DNA of 64,000 nt from an uncultured Oscillospiraceae bacterium (GCA_964515055.1 CAZEUG010000001.1:122732-186731), one strand, 5' to 3'; shown: positions 49,740-60,475, numbered from the stretch's first letter. Notes: generated from the letters alone by a model not told the origin. Numbers and translations are program-made.

Positions 49740-51170
49740 ATGAAACCAACACAGTATGACTGCATTGTGATCGGCGGAGGTGCGGTCGGTACGCTGACGC
49801 TGCGTGCGCTGACCGCAGCCGGCGCATCGGCGCTGCTGCTGGAAGCCGGGACTGACCTGGCATCCGGTGCAACACGCGCCAACAGCGCCATCATCCATGC
49901 CGGTTTTGACCCGCTACCCGGCACGAAAAAAGCGGAAATGAACGTCCGAGGCGCTGCACTGTACCCGGAGCTGGTGCGTACCCTGGACATCCCATACCGG
50001 CCGACCGATTCGCTGGTGGTGGCCTATTCGCCGGAGGAAATCCCGGTACTGGAAACGCTGCTGGCGCGAGGCCAGGCCAACGGTGTTCGCGATTTGCAGC
50101 TGCTCACCCGTCAGGAAGTGCTGGAACGCGAACCCAACCTTTCCGGCGACGTGTGCGGGGCACTCCGCGCTGCATCTGCCATCATTGAACCGTGGACGGT
50201 CGCCATTGCCGCCGCGGAAAATGCCTGCGACCACGGCGCAGGCGTGGCAACAGAGCATCGCGTCACATCGATCACGGCCACAGGCGACGGCTTCTGCGTC
50301 ACGGCGCGCACACCGGTGGGGGACATGACCTTCCGGGCATCTGCCGTGGTGAATGCCGCCGGTGTTCATGCCGACGAAATTCACGCAATGCTGCTGCCGA
50401 AAACCTATCACATCACGGGCAAGCGCGGCCAGTACGTCGTGCTGGATCGGCGGGCAGGCGGTCTGGTGCGCAGCGTGGTGTTTGCCTGCCCGACGGAAAA
50501 GGGCAAGGGCGTCCTGATCACGCCGGAAATCCATGGCCGGGTCATGATCGGCCCGGACAGCACGGTCTGCGATGACCGCGAGGACATTGCCACAACGGTG
50601 GACGCATTGACCTATGTGAAGCAGACGGCCAGTCGCTACCTGTCGGTTCACCTGCCAACGGAGCTGCAGATTCATACGTTTGCCGGGATTCGCCCTGCCG
50701 GAGACACGGGCGATTTCGTGATCGGCGAGGCCGAGGGTCTACACGGCTTCTTTGAGGCCGCCTGCATTGAATCACCGGGGCTGGCCTCCGCACCGGCCAT
50801 CGCCCAGCGGCTGGCCGAGCAGATTGCGGAATACCTGTCGCTTCCCAAACAGGGAAGACAAACCTTCCTCCCGCCGCGCCGGCCGCGCCTGCGCATTGAT
50901 GAAGCGTCCCGCGGTGCCGAAACCACGCTCGTCTGCCGCTGTGAAAAGGTGACGGAAGCGCAGATTGTCGATGCGATTCACCGGAATTGCGGAGCCCGCA
51001 CCGTCAAAGGTGTCAAGCTCCGCACCGGCGCAACGCTGGGCGAATGCCAGGGTGGCTTCTGCACACCGAAAATTGTCCGGATTCTGGCAAGAGAGCTGCA
51101 CGCAGAGCCACAGACCATCCGATACGATGAACCGGGCTCCGAGTGCCTGATCGGAAAAACGCGGGGGTGA
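49740..51170 (+). CDS. FAD-dependent glycerol-3-phosphate dehydrogenase/oxidase-like protein with C-terminal BFD-like [2Fe-2S] domain (GlpA-like)
   Basis: ORF 49683..51170. ATG 49740 with GGAGGGG SD. YDCIVIGGGAVG FAD site and the CRCEKVTEAQIVDAI...C..GFC BFD-like motif. Confidence 0.78.
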   Translation: MKPTQYDCIVIGGGAVGTLTLRALTAAGASALLLEAGTDLASGATRANSAIIHAGFDPLPGTKKAEMNVRGAALYPELVRTLDIPYRPTDSLVVAYSPEEIPVLETLLARGQANGVRDLQLLTRQEVLEREPNLSGDVCGALRAASAIIEPWTVAIAAAENACDHGAGVATEHRVTSITATGDGFCVTARTPVGDMTFRASAVVNAAGVHADEIHAMLLPKTYHITGKRGQYVVLDRRAGGLVRSVVFACPTEKGKGVLITPEIHGRVMIGPDSTVCDDREDIATTVDALTYVKQTASRYLSVHLPTELQIHTFAGIRPAGDTGDFVIGEAEGLHGFFEAACIESPGLASAPAIAQRLAEQIAEYLSLPKQGRQTFLPPRRPRLRIDEASRGAETTLVCRCEKVTEAQIVDAIHRNCGARTVKGVKLRTGATLGECQGGFCTPKIVRILARELHAEPQTIRYDEPGSECLIGKTRG

Positions 51171-51176
51171 ACGAGT

Positions 51177-52466
51177 ATGCAACAGTATATGGAAACGGCC
51201 AGACGGTCGGAACATCATGCACTGGCCATTGTCGGCGGCGGCGTCGGCGGAATGGCGGCGGCGATTGCCGCATACGACAGGGGCTGCCGGGATATCGTCC
51301 TGCTGGAAACCGATGAGCGCCTGGGCGGCGTGCTGCCGCAGTGCATCCATGCCGGGTTCGGTCTGAAGACATTTGATGAGGAGCTGACCGGCCCGGAATA
51401 CGCGACGCGCTATGCGGACGAAGTGACAGCGCGTGGAATCGATGTGCGTCTGGGCGCACACGTCACCTCCCTCGGCAATGGCCGGACACTGTCGGTTCTG
51501 TCGGCACAGGACGGCGCCTACGATATTCACGCGGATGCCGTGATTGTCGCGGCGGGGTGCCGAGAACGCCCGGCGGGTGCGCTGACGCTGGAAGGGCCGA
51601 GAGTCGCCGGCATTCTGACCGCCGGCACCGCGCAACGCTATCTCAATATCGACGGTTACATGGTCGGCCGCCGCGTGGTGATTCTGGGCTCCGGCGATAT
51701 CGGTCTGATCATGGCGAGACGCCTGACACTGGAGGGTGCCAGGGTACTCTGCGTCTGTGAGCTGATGCCGTGGTCAAACGGCCTGCAGCGCAATATCGTG
51801 CAGTGTCTGGAGGATTACAACATTCCGCTCCACTGCTCGACCACGGTGGTCGGCGTGGAGGGAACCGGAAGACTGTCGGCGGTCTGGGTTGCGCCGGTGG
51901 ATGGAAACCGCCAGCCGATACTCAGCGAACGACGCCGGATTTCGTGTGATACGCTGCTGCTGTCTGTCGGACTGCTGCCTGAGGCGCGTCTGGCCGAGGA
52001 GGCCGGAATTGCGCTCGGAAGGAACGGCGGTATTGCCGTCGATGAACGGCGACAGACCTGGGCAGAGGGCGTTTTTGCCTGTGGAAACGTGGTGCAGGTG
52101 CATGATCTGGCTGATGACGTGGCCGCAGAGGGCGCCATCGCCGGGAAAAGCGCAGCGGAATATCTGAAGGGGTCTGCTCCGACCAGTCGCCGCTCCGTCG
52201 AAACGATCGCCGGGAGCGGGATTGCCCATGTCGTCCCGGAACGACTGCACGAATCGTCTGCTGCGGAACTCAGCTTCCGGGTGCGTGCGGTGGAGCGCAA
52301 CGTCTGGATCCGGATTCGAAGCGGCGAGACAGTCGTCAAACGCGTCCGGAAATCGGTCATCCGCCCGGGCGAAATGCAGCACGTGACGCTGCAGGTCGAT
52401 CAGATTCATCCCGGCGAAAAGCTCTGCGTTGACATTGAACGGGAAACCGAACAGGAGGGCAATTGA
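51177..52466 (+). CDS. Pyridine nucleotide-disulfide-type NAD(P)/FAD oxidoreductase (second subunit of the clostridial glp-type module)
   Basis: 429 aa. Two dinucleotide-binding motifs (LAIVGGGVGGMAAA; VVILGSGDIGLIMA). Confidence 0.75.
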   Translation: MQQYMETARRSEHHALAIVGGGVGGMAAAIAAYDRGCRDIVLLETDERLGGVLPQCIHAGFGLKTFDEELTGPEYATRYADEVTARGIDVRLGAHVTSLGNGRTLSVLSAQDGAYDIHADAVIVAAGCRERPAGALTLEGPRVAGILTAGTAQRYLNIDGYMVGRRVVILGSGDIGLIMARRLTLEGARVLCVCELMPWSNGLQRNIVQCLEDYNIPLHCSTTVVGVEGTGRLSAVWVAPVDGNRQPILSERRRISCDTLLLSVGLLPEARLAEEAGIALGRNGGIAVDERRQTWAEGVFACGNVVQVHDLADDVAAEGAIAGKSAAEYLKGSAPTSRRSVETIAGSGIAHVVPERLHESSAAELSFRVRAVERNVWIRIRSGETVVKRVRKSVIRPGEMQHVTLQVDQIHPGEKLCVDIERETEQEGN

Positions 52467-52467
52467 C

Positions 52468-52830
52468 ATGACAGAAAAAGTCTGGATCTGCATCACTTGT
52501 CCGGAGGGCTGCGAAATCCGTGCCCAGCTGGATGCAACCGGAAACGTGACGGCAGTCTCTGGCAACCGCTGCCCACGTGGTGAACGGTATGTCCGGAGCG
52601 AGGCGGTACATCCTGTCCGCCAGCTGTCCTCGACTGTGTTGCTGACCGGCGGGAAACAACCGTTGGTGCCTGTGCGCGCCGCACAGCCGATTCCGAAAGC
52701 GTCTATTCCGTCCGTGATGGCGGAAATCCGTGCGGCGCGCGTGACCGCACCGGTCAGGCGTGGACAGATTCTCCTGGAAAATGCGGCGGGAACCGGCGTG
52801 GCCATCATCGCCTGTGCAGACGCGGAATAG
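52468..52830 (+). CDS. DUF1667 domain protein (Cys-rich third subunit)
   Basis: ORF 52429..52830. ATG 52468 lies 1 nt after the upstream stop. MTEKVWICITCPEGCEI...GNRCPRGERY is typical of DUF1667. Confidence 0.8.
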   Translation: MTEKVWICITCPEGCEIRAQLDATGNVTAVSGNRCPRGERYVRSEAVHPVRQLSSTVLLTGGKQPLVPVRAAQPIPKASIPSVMAEIRAARVTAPVRRGQILLENAAGTGVAIIACADAE

Positions 52831-52935
52831 TGTGAAGCATTTGTCCTGAAAATAATTTCCATGTTTTTCCGGCATAAAAACGGATGGAACATCGAATTCT
52901 AACCGTGTGCAGCAACATTCAAAAGTAGGAGAGAC

Positions 52936-53178
52936 ATGGCTATGAAAAAAATACTGACGTTGATTCTGTGCATTTGTCTGGCGGTACCTGTCCTGACGGC
53001 CTGTGAAGACCGGGACGAAAACAACAAGGGCACCGGCACCTCTGCCCGAACCGAAAAAACGGGCTGGGTGACCTCAACATCGGAACCGCTGAAGCAGACG
53101 GAATCCAAGCCGGCAACGGATGTGACCGGCCAGACGTCCCAGACCGTGACGGACTTGCCGGAATCCTCCAAAAAATAA
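52936..53178 (+). CDS. Small lipoprotein with a disordered Thr/Ser/Glu/Lys-rich mature part
   Basis: 80 aa. Signal peptide plus lipobox (MAMKKILTLILCICLAVPVLTAC). GGAGAG SD upstream. Confidence 0.55.
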   Translation: MAMKKILTLILCICLAVPVLTACEDRDENNKGTGTSARTEKTGWVTSTSEPLKQTESKPATDVTGQTSQTVTDLPESSKK

Positions 53179-53188
53179 CAGTCAGCAT

Positions 53189-53272
53189 CGATCGTCCCCT
53201 GTGCCAGACCTCGAAACGACAGCAATTTCGGGGCTGTGTGCAGGGGACGATCGCGTCTGACCACCGTTTTTT
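53189..53272 (+). terminator. Long two-tier hairpin followed by a T-run (terminator candidate for the glp-like / lipoprotein unit)
   Basis: CGATCGTCCCCTG (53189-53201) pairs with CAGGGGACGATCG (53241-53253). Inner helix CAGACCTCGAAA / TTTCGGGGCTG. The T6 run at 53267-53272 starts 13 nt after the stem, so the geometry is atypical. Confidence 0.4.
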
Positions 53273-53347
53273 GAACGTGCAAACCCCGAAAAACGATCTG
53301 TTTCGAGAAAATTTACAGACAGACGTGAAAAAAATCGGGAAAAGCAC

Positions 53348-53376
53348 TTGTAAATTTGGGCAAAATAGTGTATGAT
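53348..53376 (+). promoter_or_regulatory. sigma70-type promoter of the CdaR-like gene (TTGTAA-17-TATGAT)
   Basis: TTGTAA at 53348-53353, a 17-nt spacer, then TATGAT at 53371-53376. Confidence 0.5.
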
Positions 53377-53433
53377 ATAACCAGATGAGACATACCAAGC
53401 AGAAGCATGCATTTTTTGATGGGGGTTCAATAC

Positions 53434-54525
53434 ATGTCAAGAAGATTGTTTCAGAATATGGCGCTCCAGATGCACGAAGCAACCGGCAAGACGGTTGGCG
53501 TCATTGACGGAGACGGAACGGTAATCGCCTGCAGCGAGCTGCGGCTGATTGGCGAAGTGTACGAGACGGCGGTAGACGAGCTGAATAATACGTCGGAGCC
53601 AACGGTTTATCGTTCATTCACTTTCAAATCGCTGGCCATGCGCGGCGTCCGGCTGGAATATGCGGCGTTTGTCGATGGGACAGATGCGGACTCGCTGGCC
53701 ATGTGCTCCATGGTCGTTGTCGCGCTGAACGGCGTCAAACAATATTATGACGAAAAATACGATAAAGCGACCTTTATCAAGAATATTTTGCTGGATAACG
53801 TTCTGCCGGGTGATATCTACATCAAATCCAAGGAGCTACACTTTGGTGGAGAAACGCCGCGAGTCGTTTTCCTTGTCCGCATGATGGACAAGCTGGATAT
53901 CGCGACCAACGATGTCATCGCCGGACTGTTCCCGGATCGCCAGAAGGACTTTATCATCACCATCAACGAAAGCGACGTGGCCATCGTCAAAGAAGTCAAG
54001 GTCAACTGCGACGTGAAGGAGCTGCGCAAAATTGCCAAGGGCATTGAAGACACCATCAATGCGGAGCTCCTTGTCAAATGCGTGATCGGTATCGGCACCG
54101 TGGTTCCGCAGCTGAAAGACCTCTCGCGCTCCCTGAAGGAAGCACAGGTGGCCATTGAAGTGGGTCATGTTTTTGAAGCCGAGAAAACCATTATCAACTA
54201 TGAAAATCTCGGCATTGGCCGCCTGATTTACCAGCTGCCGACAACGCTTTGCCGGATGTTCCTGAGCGAGGTCTTCAAAAAGGGCAGCGTGGATTCTCTG
54301 GGTCAGGAAACCATGATGACCATCCAGAAATTCTTCGAAAACAACCTGAATGTCTCTGAAACATCCAGAAAGCTGTTCGTCCACCGCAATACACTCGTTT
54401 ACCGCCTGGAAAAAATCAAGAAAATTACCGGGCTGGATCTCCGTGAATTTGACCATGCGATCATCTTTAAGGTTGCACTGATGGTCAAAAAATATCTGGA
54501 ATCGCGTGAGAATGACGAAATTTGA
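53434..54525 (+). CDS. CdaR/PucR-family transcriptional regulator (sugar diacid regulator-like)
   Basis: ORF 53407..54525, ATG 53434. C-terminal PucR-type HTH (NVSETSRKLFVHRNTLVYRLEKIKKITGLDLR). Confidence 0.8.
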   Translation: MSRRLFQNMALQMHEATGKTVGVIDGDGTVIACSELRLIGEVYETAVDELNNTSEPTVYRSFTFKSLAMRGVRLEYAAFVDGTDADSLAMCSMVVVALNGVKQYYDEKYDKATFIKNILLDNVLPGDIYIKSKELHFGGETPRVVFLVRMMDKLDIATNDVIAGLFPDRQKDFIITINESDVAIVKEVKVNCDVKELRKIAKGIEDTINAELLVKCVIGIGTVVPQLKDLSRSLKEAQVAIEVGHVFEAEKTIINYENLGIGRLIYQLPTTLCRMFLSEVFKKGSVDSLGQETMMTIQKFFENNLNVSETSRKLFVHRNTLVYRLEKIKKITGLDLREFDHAIIFKVALMVKKYLESRENDEI

Positions 54526-54576
54526 CCGGCGGACACCGCAATTCCCATGCGGGCTTGAAAGGGAGGAACGGAGCAT

Positions 54577-55281
<705 letters not shown>

Positions 55282-55284
55282 AAC

Positions 55285-56157
55285 ATGATCGGCTACCACT
55301 TCAAAGAAGGCGTCAAGGGGCTTTTCCGCAATCGACTGGTCAATCTCGCCGCCATTGGCATGCTGATTGCCTGCCTTGTTGTGACGGGCGCATTCGTTCT
55401 GCTTGTCCTGAACATCAATGCCGTGATTGACGAAAGCGGCGCCGTCAACAAAATTTCTATTTATATGGACGAAAATTCCGACCCGGACGACCGCTGGGCG
55501 GTGGAACAGCAGCTGAATCAGCTGGAAAACGTGGAATCCTGGCTCTTTATTTCGAAAGAAGAAGGGCTGGAATCCATGCGCGACACGTTTGGTACACTGC
55601 TGGACGGCCTGGAAGACGATAACCCCATCCGCGACACGTTCCAGCTGACCGTCCTCTCTCAAAAACGGATTACGGAAACGGCCGAAGCGGTGCAGCAGCT
55701 GCCGGGTGTTGCAAAAGTCAATTACCGCAGCGACATCGCACAGCGCTTCCTCCAAATCCGCAACATTGTCGCCATGGTCGGCCTGTCGTTCGTCGTGGTA
55801 CTCGGCGCGGTCTCACTGTTCATCATTGCCAACTCGGTTCGCCTCTCCGTCTTTACGCGGCGGACGGAAATCCGCGTGATGAAAACCGTCGGCGCGACCA
55901 ATGGCTTCATCCGCAAATCCTTCGCTGTGGAGGGAATCCTGCTCGGCCTGATCGGCGCCGCCGTTTCCTACGGTATCCTCTTTCTGGCCTATTCGCAGCT
56001 GTTTGTTCCGGCGCTTGCGCCGCTCGGCTTTTTGTCGGCCATCCCTCTCGCCTTTTCACAGTTCGCCGTCCCGGTCGCACTGGCATATGCGGCGGCCGGT
56101 ATCCTCATGGGCTTCGGCGGAAGCGTGCTGGCACTTCGCAGATATCTGAATGCATAA
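55285..56157 (+). CDS. ftsX: Cell-division permease-like protein FtsX
   Basis: 290 aa. N-terminal TM segment, an extracellular loop domain and 3 C-terminal TM segments. It follows ftsE directly. Confidence 0.88.
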   Translation: MIGYHFKEGVKGLFRNRLVNLAAIGMLIACLVVTGAFVLLVLNINAVIDESGAVNKISIYMDENSDPDDRWAVEQQLNQLENVESWLFISKEEGLESMRDTFGTLLDGLEDDNPIRDTFQLTVLSQKRITETAEAVQQLPGVAKVNYRSDIAQRFLQIRNIVAMVGLSFVVVLGAVSLFIIANSVRLSVFTRRTEIRVMKTVGATNGFIRKSFAVEGILLGLIGAAVSYGILFLAYSQLFVPALAPLGFLSAIPLAFSQFAVPVALAYAAAGILMGFGGSVLALRRYLNA

Positions 56158-56178
56158 CCCAATGGACAGGAGTCGCTT

Positions 56179-57480
56179 ATGACAGAACGTAAACAGAACC
56201 GACGGGAGCGCCGTCGCCGCATTTTAATCTGGATTCTGATCGCCGGTATGATTCTGCCGACGATTGCAACTGTGATTTCCGTATCCATGCGCGCCGTTTC
56301 CCAATCGGACATCGACCGCGCCAAACAACAGGTGCAATCGCTGCAACAGAAAATCGCAGCGGCTAAATCGGAGCTGAAGACGATGCAATCGGATCAGAAT
56401 TCCCTGATTGCTCAGAAAAAACTGATCGATGATCAGATCAATCTCTACAATGAACAGATTGACCTGCTGGAGGAAACACTGGCCGGCCTCGACACGGAAA
56501 TGGAGGCGTGTGCCTCCGAGCTGGCCGAACTGCAAACCTCTCTCGATGAAAAATACGACACCTTCAAAGAGCGTGTACGCATCATGTACGAGGACGGCAC
56601 CACGTCTTATTTGAGCGTCCTGCTCTCCGCCGACAGCATGGAGGATTTTCTGAACCGCGCCGAGCTGGTTTCGGCAATTTTCAATAGAGACCAGAAGCTG
56701 ATGACGGAAATGAGCGACCTGATTGCTGTCAGGGAACAGAAGCAGACGGAACTGGAGCAGAGCCGAGCCGAATCGCTGGCCTTGAAGGGCGAGCTGGAAA
56801 CGGCGCGGCAGGAGCTGCTGGCCGAACAGGCCGAGGCCGAAGTCCTGCTGGCTGGCTTTGAAGATGGGACGGTTCAGAATCTTTCCCTGATTGAGGAATA
56901 TGAGGCGCTCTTGCAGAAGGCTGCAAAAGAAGAGGAACGCCTGACGAAGGAATACGAGGAGCAGAAGCGCAAGGAAGCCGAGGCGAAGAAAAAAGCCGAG
57001 GCAGAAGCCAAAAAGAAGGCGGAAGAAGAGGCCAGGAAAAAGGCTGAGGAAGAAAAAAAGAAGCAGCAGCAGTCGACCTCCGTTGCCTTTGACTGGCCGA
57101 CGCCGGGCTATACATGGATTACCTGCCCGTTCGGACCGCGTACCCATCCGGTCACCGGAAAGTACAGCTATCACGACGGCGTTGACATCGGCGCATATGC
57201 CGGTTCGCCAATCCGCTCCACCGCCGCCGGAACCGTGATCACCAACACATACAACAGCGTATACGGCAATATGATCAAAGTGGATCATGGAAACGGCATT
57301 GTCTCCATGTATGCGCACATGAATGCGCGTTCCAAACTGAAAGTCGGTGCCACCGTGCAGCAGGGAACCGTTCTGGGCTATGTCGGGACAACGGGTCTGT
57401 CCTCCGGCTATCATCTGCACTTCACCATTTTCAAAGACGGTGTGGCGGTGAATCCGCTGAATTATGTCAAGCCGCGCTGA
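56179..57480 (+). CDS. Coiled-coil M23 peptidoglycan metalloendopeptidase (EnvC/PcsB-type FtsEX partner)
   Basis: 433 aa. TM/signal anchor, about 270 aa of heptad-rich coiled coil, a Glu/Lys/Ala low-complexity linker, and an M23 domain (HDGVDIGA...GNMIKVDHGNG...GYHLHF). Confidence 0.85.
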   Translation: MTERKQNRRERRRRILIWILIAGMILPTIATVISVSMRAVSQSDIDRAKQQVQSLQQKIAAAKSELKTMQSDQNSLIAQKKLIDDQINLYNEQIDLLEETLAGLDTEMEACASELAELQTSLDEKYDTFKERVRIMYEDGTTSYLSVLLSADSMEDFLNRAELVSAIFNRDQKLMTEMSDLIAVREQKQTELEQSRAESLALKGELETARQELLAEQAEAEVLLAGFEDGTVQNLSLIEEYEALLQKAAKEEERLTKEYEEQKRKEAEAKKKAEAEAKKKAEEEARKKAEEEKKKQQQSTSVAFDWPTPGYTWITCPFGPRTHPVTGKYSYHDGVDIGAYAGSPIRSTAAGTVITNTYNSVYGNMIKVDHGNGIVSMYAHMNARSKLKVGATVQQGTVLGYVGTTGLSSGYHLHFTIFKDGVAVNPLNYVKPR

Positions 57481-57511
57481 ACCACCGAAAAAAGAAACAG
57501 GGAGACCATTC

Positions 57512-58738
57512 ATGAATACTTCAGAATCATCCGTCAAACGTCCGTCGTGGATGCAGGTGCTGGCGCTTTGTCTGATCGTCGCCACGATTTCCGTCCTGCT
57601 CACCGGATATTTCGTCTCGTCGCGCTATGCAGCCGATGCACCGTCTGCGGACGGCTTGTCCACAGACAAACGCGATCGGAAGCTGGATGAAATCCAGGCG
57701 CTGCTGGATCGGTACTATGTCGGCCAATACGAGGACAAAGACCTGCTGGATATGCTGGCCGTCGGATATATGAGCGGGATCGAGGACAAATGGGCCTATT
57801 ACACCACTGCCGAGGATTTGGAAGACCTGTATGCCGACAAATCCGGCTCCTATGCGGGCATTGGCGTGACCGTCACACAGAACACTGAGACCGGCCTGCT
57901 GACGATCACCGAGGTGTATCCGGGCTCTCCGGCGGAAGAAGCGGGCATCCAATGCCTGGATCAGCTGTATTCGGTCGAGGGCGAGGAGGTCGCCACCATC
58001 GGAATGAACGCCACCGTCGCAAAGGTTCGCGGAGAAGTGGGCAGCCGGGTGAACCTTGGCATCCTGCGCAACGGCGAGCTGATGGAGGTTTCTGTCGAAC
58101 GGCGTACTGTTGAAAAAGTCAGCGTGACAGCTGAAATGCTGGATGACGAGATTGCCTATCTGCGCATTTCGGAGTTTACGGCGGCTGCTGCCCAGCAGTT
58201 CAGCGCCAGCCTTCAGGAAATGATCGATGGCGGCGCAAAGGGTCTGATCATGGACGTGCGCAACAATCCCGGTGGACAGCTGACCACACTGATTTCCATG
58301 CTGGATTGCCTCATGCCGGAAGGCGACGTCTTTATCGAACGCGACAAGGCGGGCAATGAGAACCGCCTCCGCGTCGACGGAAAATACTGCGATTTGCCGC
58401 TGATCGTACTGGTCAATGAGTATTCCTACAGCGCAGCGGAGTATTTTGCAGCTGTGATGCAGGAACAGGGTCGTGCCAGTGTGGCCGGAACGGCTACAAC
58501 CGGCAAGGGCGAAGGCCAGCAGACGTTTGTTTTGAGCGACGGCTCTGCGATTACGTTCTCGGTTATCAAATATTTCACGCCCAACGGCGTCAGCATCGGC
58601 GAACAGGGCGGCATTCAGCCCGACCTGCCCGTGAAGATGCCGGATGACCTTCTGGCGAAAATCGGCACACTGGACGCCGCGGAAGACCCGCAGATCGCAG
58701 CAGCCGTGGAACAGATGAAGGCCGATTTGCAGAAATAG
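57512..58738 (+). CDS. S41-family C-terminal processing peptidase (CtpA/CtpB-like) with PDZ domain
   Basis: ORF 57464..58738, ATG 57512 with GGGAG SD. PDZ region (GIGVTV...VYPGSPAEEAGI), LIMDVRNNPGG, VLVNEYSYSAAE. Confidence 0.88.
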   Translation: MNTSESSVKRPSWMQVLALCLIVATISVLLTGYFVSSRYAADAPSADGLSTDKRDRKLDEIQALLDRYYVGQYEDKDLLDMLAVGYMSGIEDKWAYYTTAEDLEDLYADKSGSYAGIGVTVTQNTETGLLTITEVYPGSPAEEAGIQCLDQLYSVEGEEVATIGMNATVAKVRGEVGSRVNLGILRNGELMEVSVERRTVEKVSVTAEMLDDEIAYLRISEFTAAAAQQFSASLQEMIDGGAKGLIMDVRNNPGGQLTTLISMLDCLMPEGDVFIERDKAGNENRLRVDGKYCDLPLIVLVNEYSYSAAEYFAAVMQEQGRASVAGTATTGKGEGQQTFVLSDGSAITFSVIKYFTPNGVSIGEQGGIQPDLPVKMPDDLLAKIGTLDAAEDPQIAAAVEQMKADLQK

Positions 58739-59920
58739 GTGCGCGGAATGGACAATTTTTCACTCGGCGTCATTGTCTGCGCCTCCGGCCGTTCCACCCG
58801 CATGAACGGCTCGGATAAAATCACATTGAACCTGGCCGGAAAACCGGTCTGGCAATGGTCCGTCGATGCATTCCTGCAATACCCGCAGACGACGCAGGTC
58901 GTGGTGTCTGTTCCGCCGGAGCGCGTGGCCGACTATGCGCATCCGGATCAGAGGGTGGCCTTTTGCGCGGGCGGTGCTTCCCGACAGGAATCGGTGCTTT
59001 GTGCGGCAGAATGCCTTGCCGCGTGCGACCTGGTCGCCGTTCATGACGGAGCGCGGCCACTGGTCAGCCAGACCGTCATCGATACGGTCTGCCAGGCGGC
59101 ACGGGAGTCCGGTGCGGCGTTCCCGTCTGTACCGGTGACGGATACCATCCACATCGTCAACGCAGGACTGGCCGTTCAAACACCCGACCGTGCCACGCTC
59201 TGTGCGGCGCAGACGCCGCAGGTTTTTTCCGCGTCCGCGTTTGCGGCGGTACGAGCCTATCTGCAATCCGGTCAGCCGGTCACGGATGACTGCTCCGCGG
59301 CCATCACCTGTGGGATTGCCTGTCGCGCAGTCCCCGGTGAACGCGACAACCTGAAGATTACAACGGCGGAAGACTGGCACACGGCGCAGCATATGGCCGA
59401 GCGCCGGAAGAGAACGGAGAACTCAACCAAGATGATGAAAATCGGTCATGGATACGATGTTCACAGAATCCAGATGGGTAGACCGCTCGTTTTGGGCGGC
59501 GTGACGCTGGATTGTCCCTTTGGCCTGGATGGCCACAGCGATGCGGACGTTCTGACCCACGCCGTAATTGATGCACTGCTGGGCGCAGCGGCGCTGGGCG
59601 ATATCGGGCAGATGTTCCCGGATTCGGATCCGCAGTATCGCGGGATCTCCAGCCTGATTCTGCTGGAAACCGCTTATGCGGCGGTGCAGCGCGCAGGCTA
59701 TGAACTGAACAACCTCGATGCCACCATCCTCTGTCAACGCCCCAAGCTCGCGCCGTCCATTCCGAAAATGCGTGAAACGCTGGCGCGTATCCTGCGGACA
59801 ACGGCGGAGTGCGTCAGCATCAAAGCGACGACGGAGGAAAAACTCGGCTTTACGGGGCGGGGTGAGGGCATCTCCGCACACGCAGTCTGTCTGCTGCGCA
59901 GGGACGGTGAACCGCTATGA
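58739..59920 (+). CDS. ispDF: Bifunctional IspD/IspF (MEP cytidylyltransferase / MECDP synthase)
   Basis: 393 aa in one continuous frame. The IspD half carries VCASGRSTRM...VHDGARP. A basic linker ERRKRTENSTKMMK follows. The IspF half carries IGHGYDVHR...GHSDADVLTHA...FPDSDP...KATTEEKLGFTGRGEGI. Start is GTG 58739 or ATG 58748. Confidence 0.88.
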   Translation: MRGMDNFSLGVIVCASGRSTRMNGSDKITLNLAGKPVWQWSVDAFLQYPQTTQVVVSVPPERVADYAHPDQRVAFCAGGASRQESVLCAAECLAACDLVAVHDGARPLVSQTVIDTVCQAARESGAAFPSVPVTDTIHIVNAGLAVQTPDRATLCAAQTPQVFSASAFAAVRAYLQSGQPVTDDCSAAITCGIACRAVPGERDNLKITTAEDWHTAQHMAERRKRTENSTKMMKIGHGYDVHRIQMGRPLVLGGVTLDCPFGLDGHSDADVLTHAVIDALLGAAALGDIGQMFPDSDPQYRGISSLILLETAYAAVQRAGYELNNLDATILCQRPKLAPSIPKMRETLARILRTTAECVSIKATTEEKLGFTGRGEGISAHAVCLLRRDGEPL

Positions 59921-60342
59921 TCTGCGAACTGGTACACGACCCGATTTTTCTGGCGGCACCGTCGGAACGGGCTGAAAAGGCTGACCTGCACCATGCGCAG
60001 AATCTGCTGGATACGCTCCGTGCCCATCGGGCAACGTGCGTCGGCATGGCGGCCAATATGATTGGCTGCCGCAAACGCATCATTGCATTTGTGGATGAAG
60101 CGACACCGTTGGCGCCGGAAACCGTGATGCTGAACCCGGAAATCGTCTGGAAAAGCGGAGAATATGACGCGGAAGAAAGCTGCCTCTCTCTGCTCGGCGG
60201 ACCGCGCCCCTGCAAGCGCTACCGGGCGATTCGCGTCCGATACCAGACGCTGACCATGCAGACCCGCGAAAAACGCTATGAGGGCTGGACATCTCAAATC
60301 ATTCAACACGAAATTGACCACTGCAACGGACGGCTGATCTGA
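59917..60342 (+). CDS. Short divergent peptide-deformylase paralogue
   Basis: 141 aa. ATG overlaps the ispDF stop (ATGA). PDF motifs are recognisable but altered: VGMAANMIG (versus GLAAPQ), EESCLS (versus EGCLS), HEIDH intact. Confidence 0.8.
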   Translation: MICELVHDPIFLAAPSERAEKADLHHAQNLLDTLRAHRATCVGMAANMIGCRKRIIAFVDEATPLAPETVMLNPEIVWKSGEYDAEESCLSLLGGPRPCKRYRAIRVRYQTLTMQTREKRYEGWTSQIIQHEIDHCNGRLI

Positions 60343-60389
60343 ATATCAAACGTCCCCAGCAAGAAACCGGGAACACCCGGCAGGTAAGG

Positions 60390-60446
60390 AAACGACTTTC
60401 CCGGTCTGTGTGCGCAGGTGCGCACGGCGGGGAAAGTCGTTTTTTT
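60390..60446 (+). terminator. Rho-independent terminator after ispDF and the def paralogue
   Basis: AAACGACTTTCCC (60390-60402) pairs with GGGAAAGTCGTTT (60430-60442) and runs into a T7 tract. Confidence 0.8.
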
Positions 60447-60475
60447 GCATCAAAAAAACAGAAGGGATGATCACC

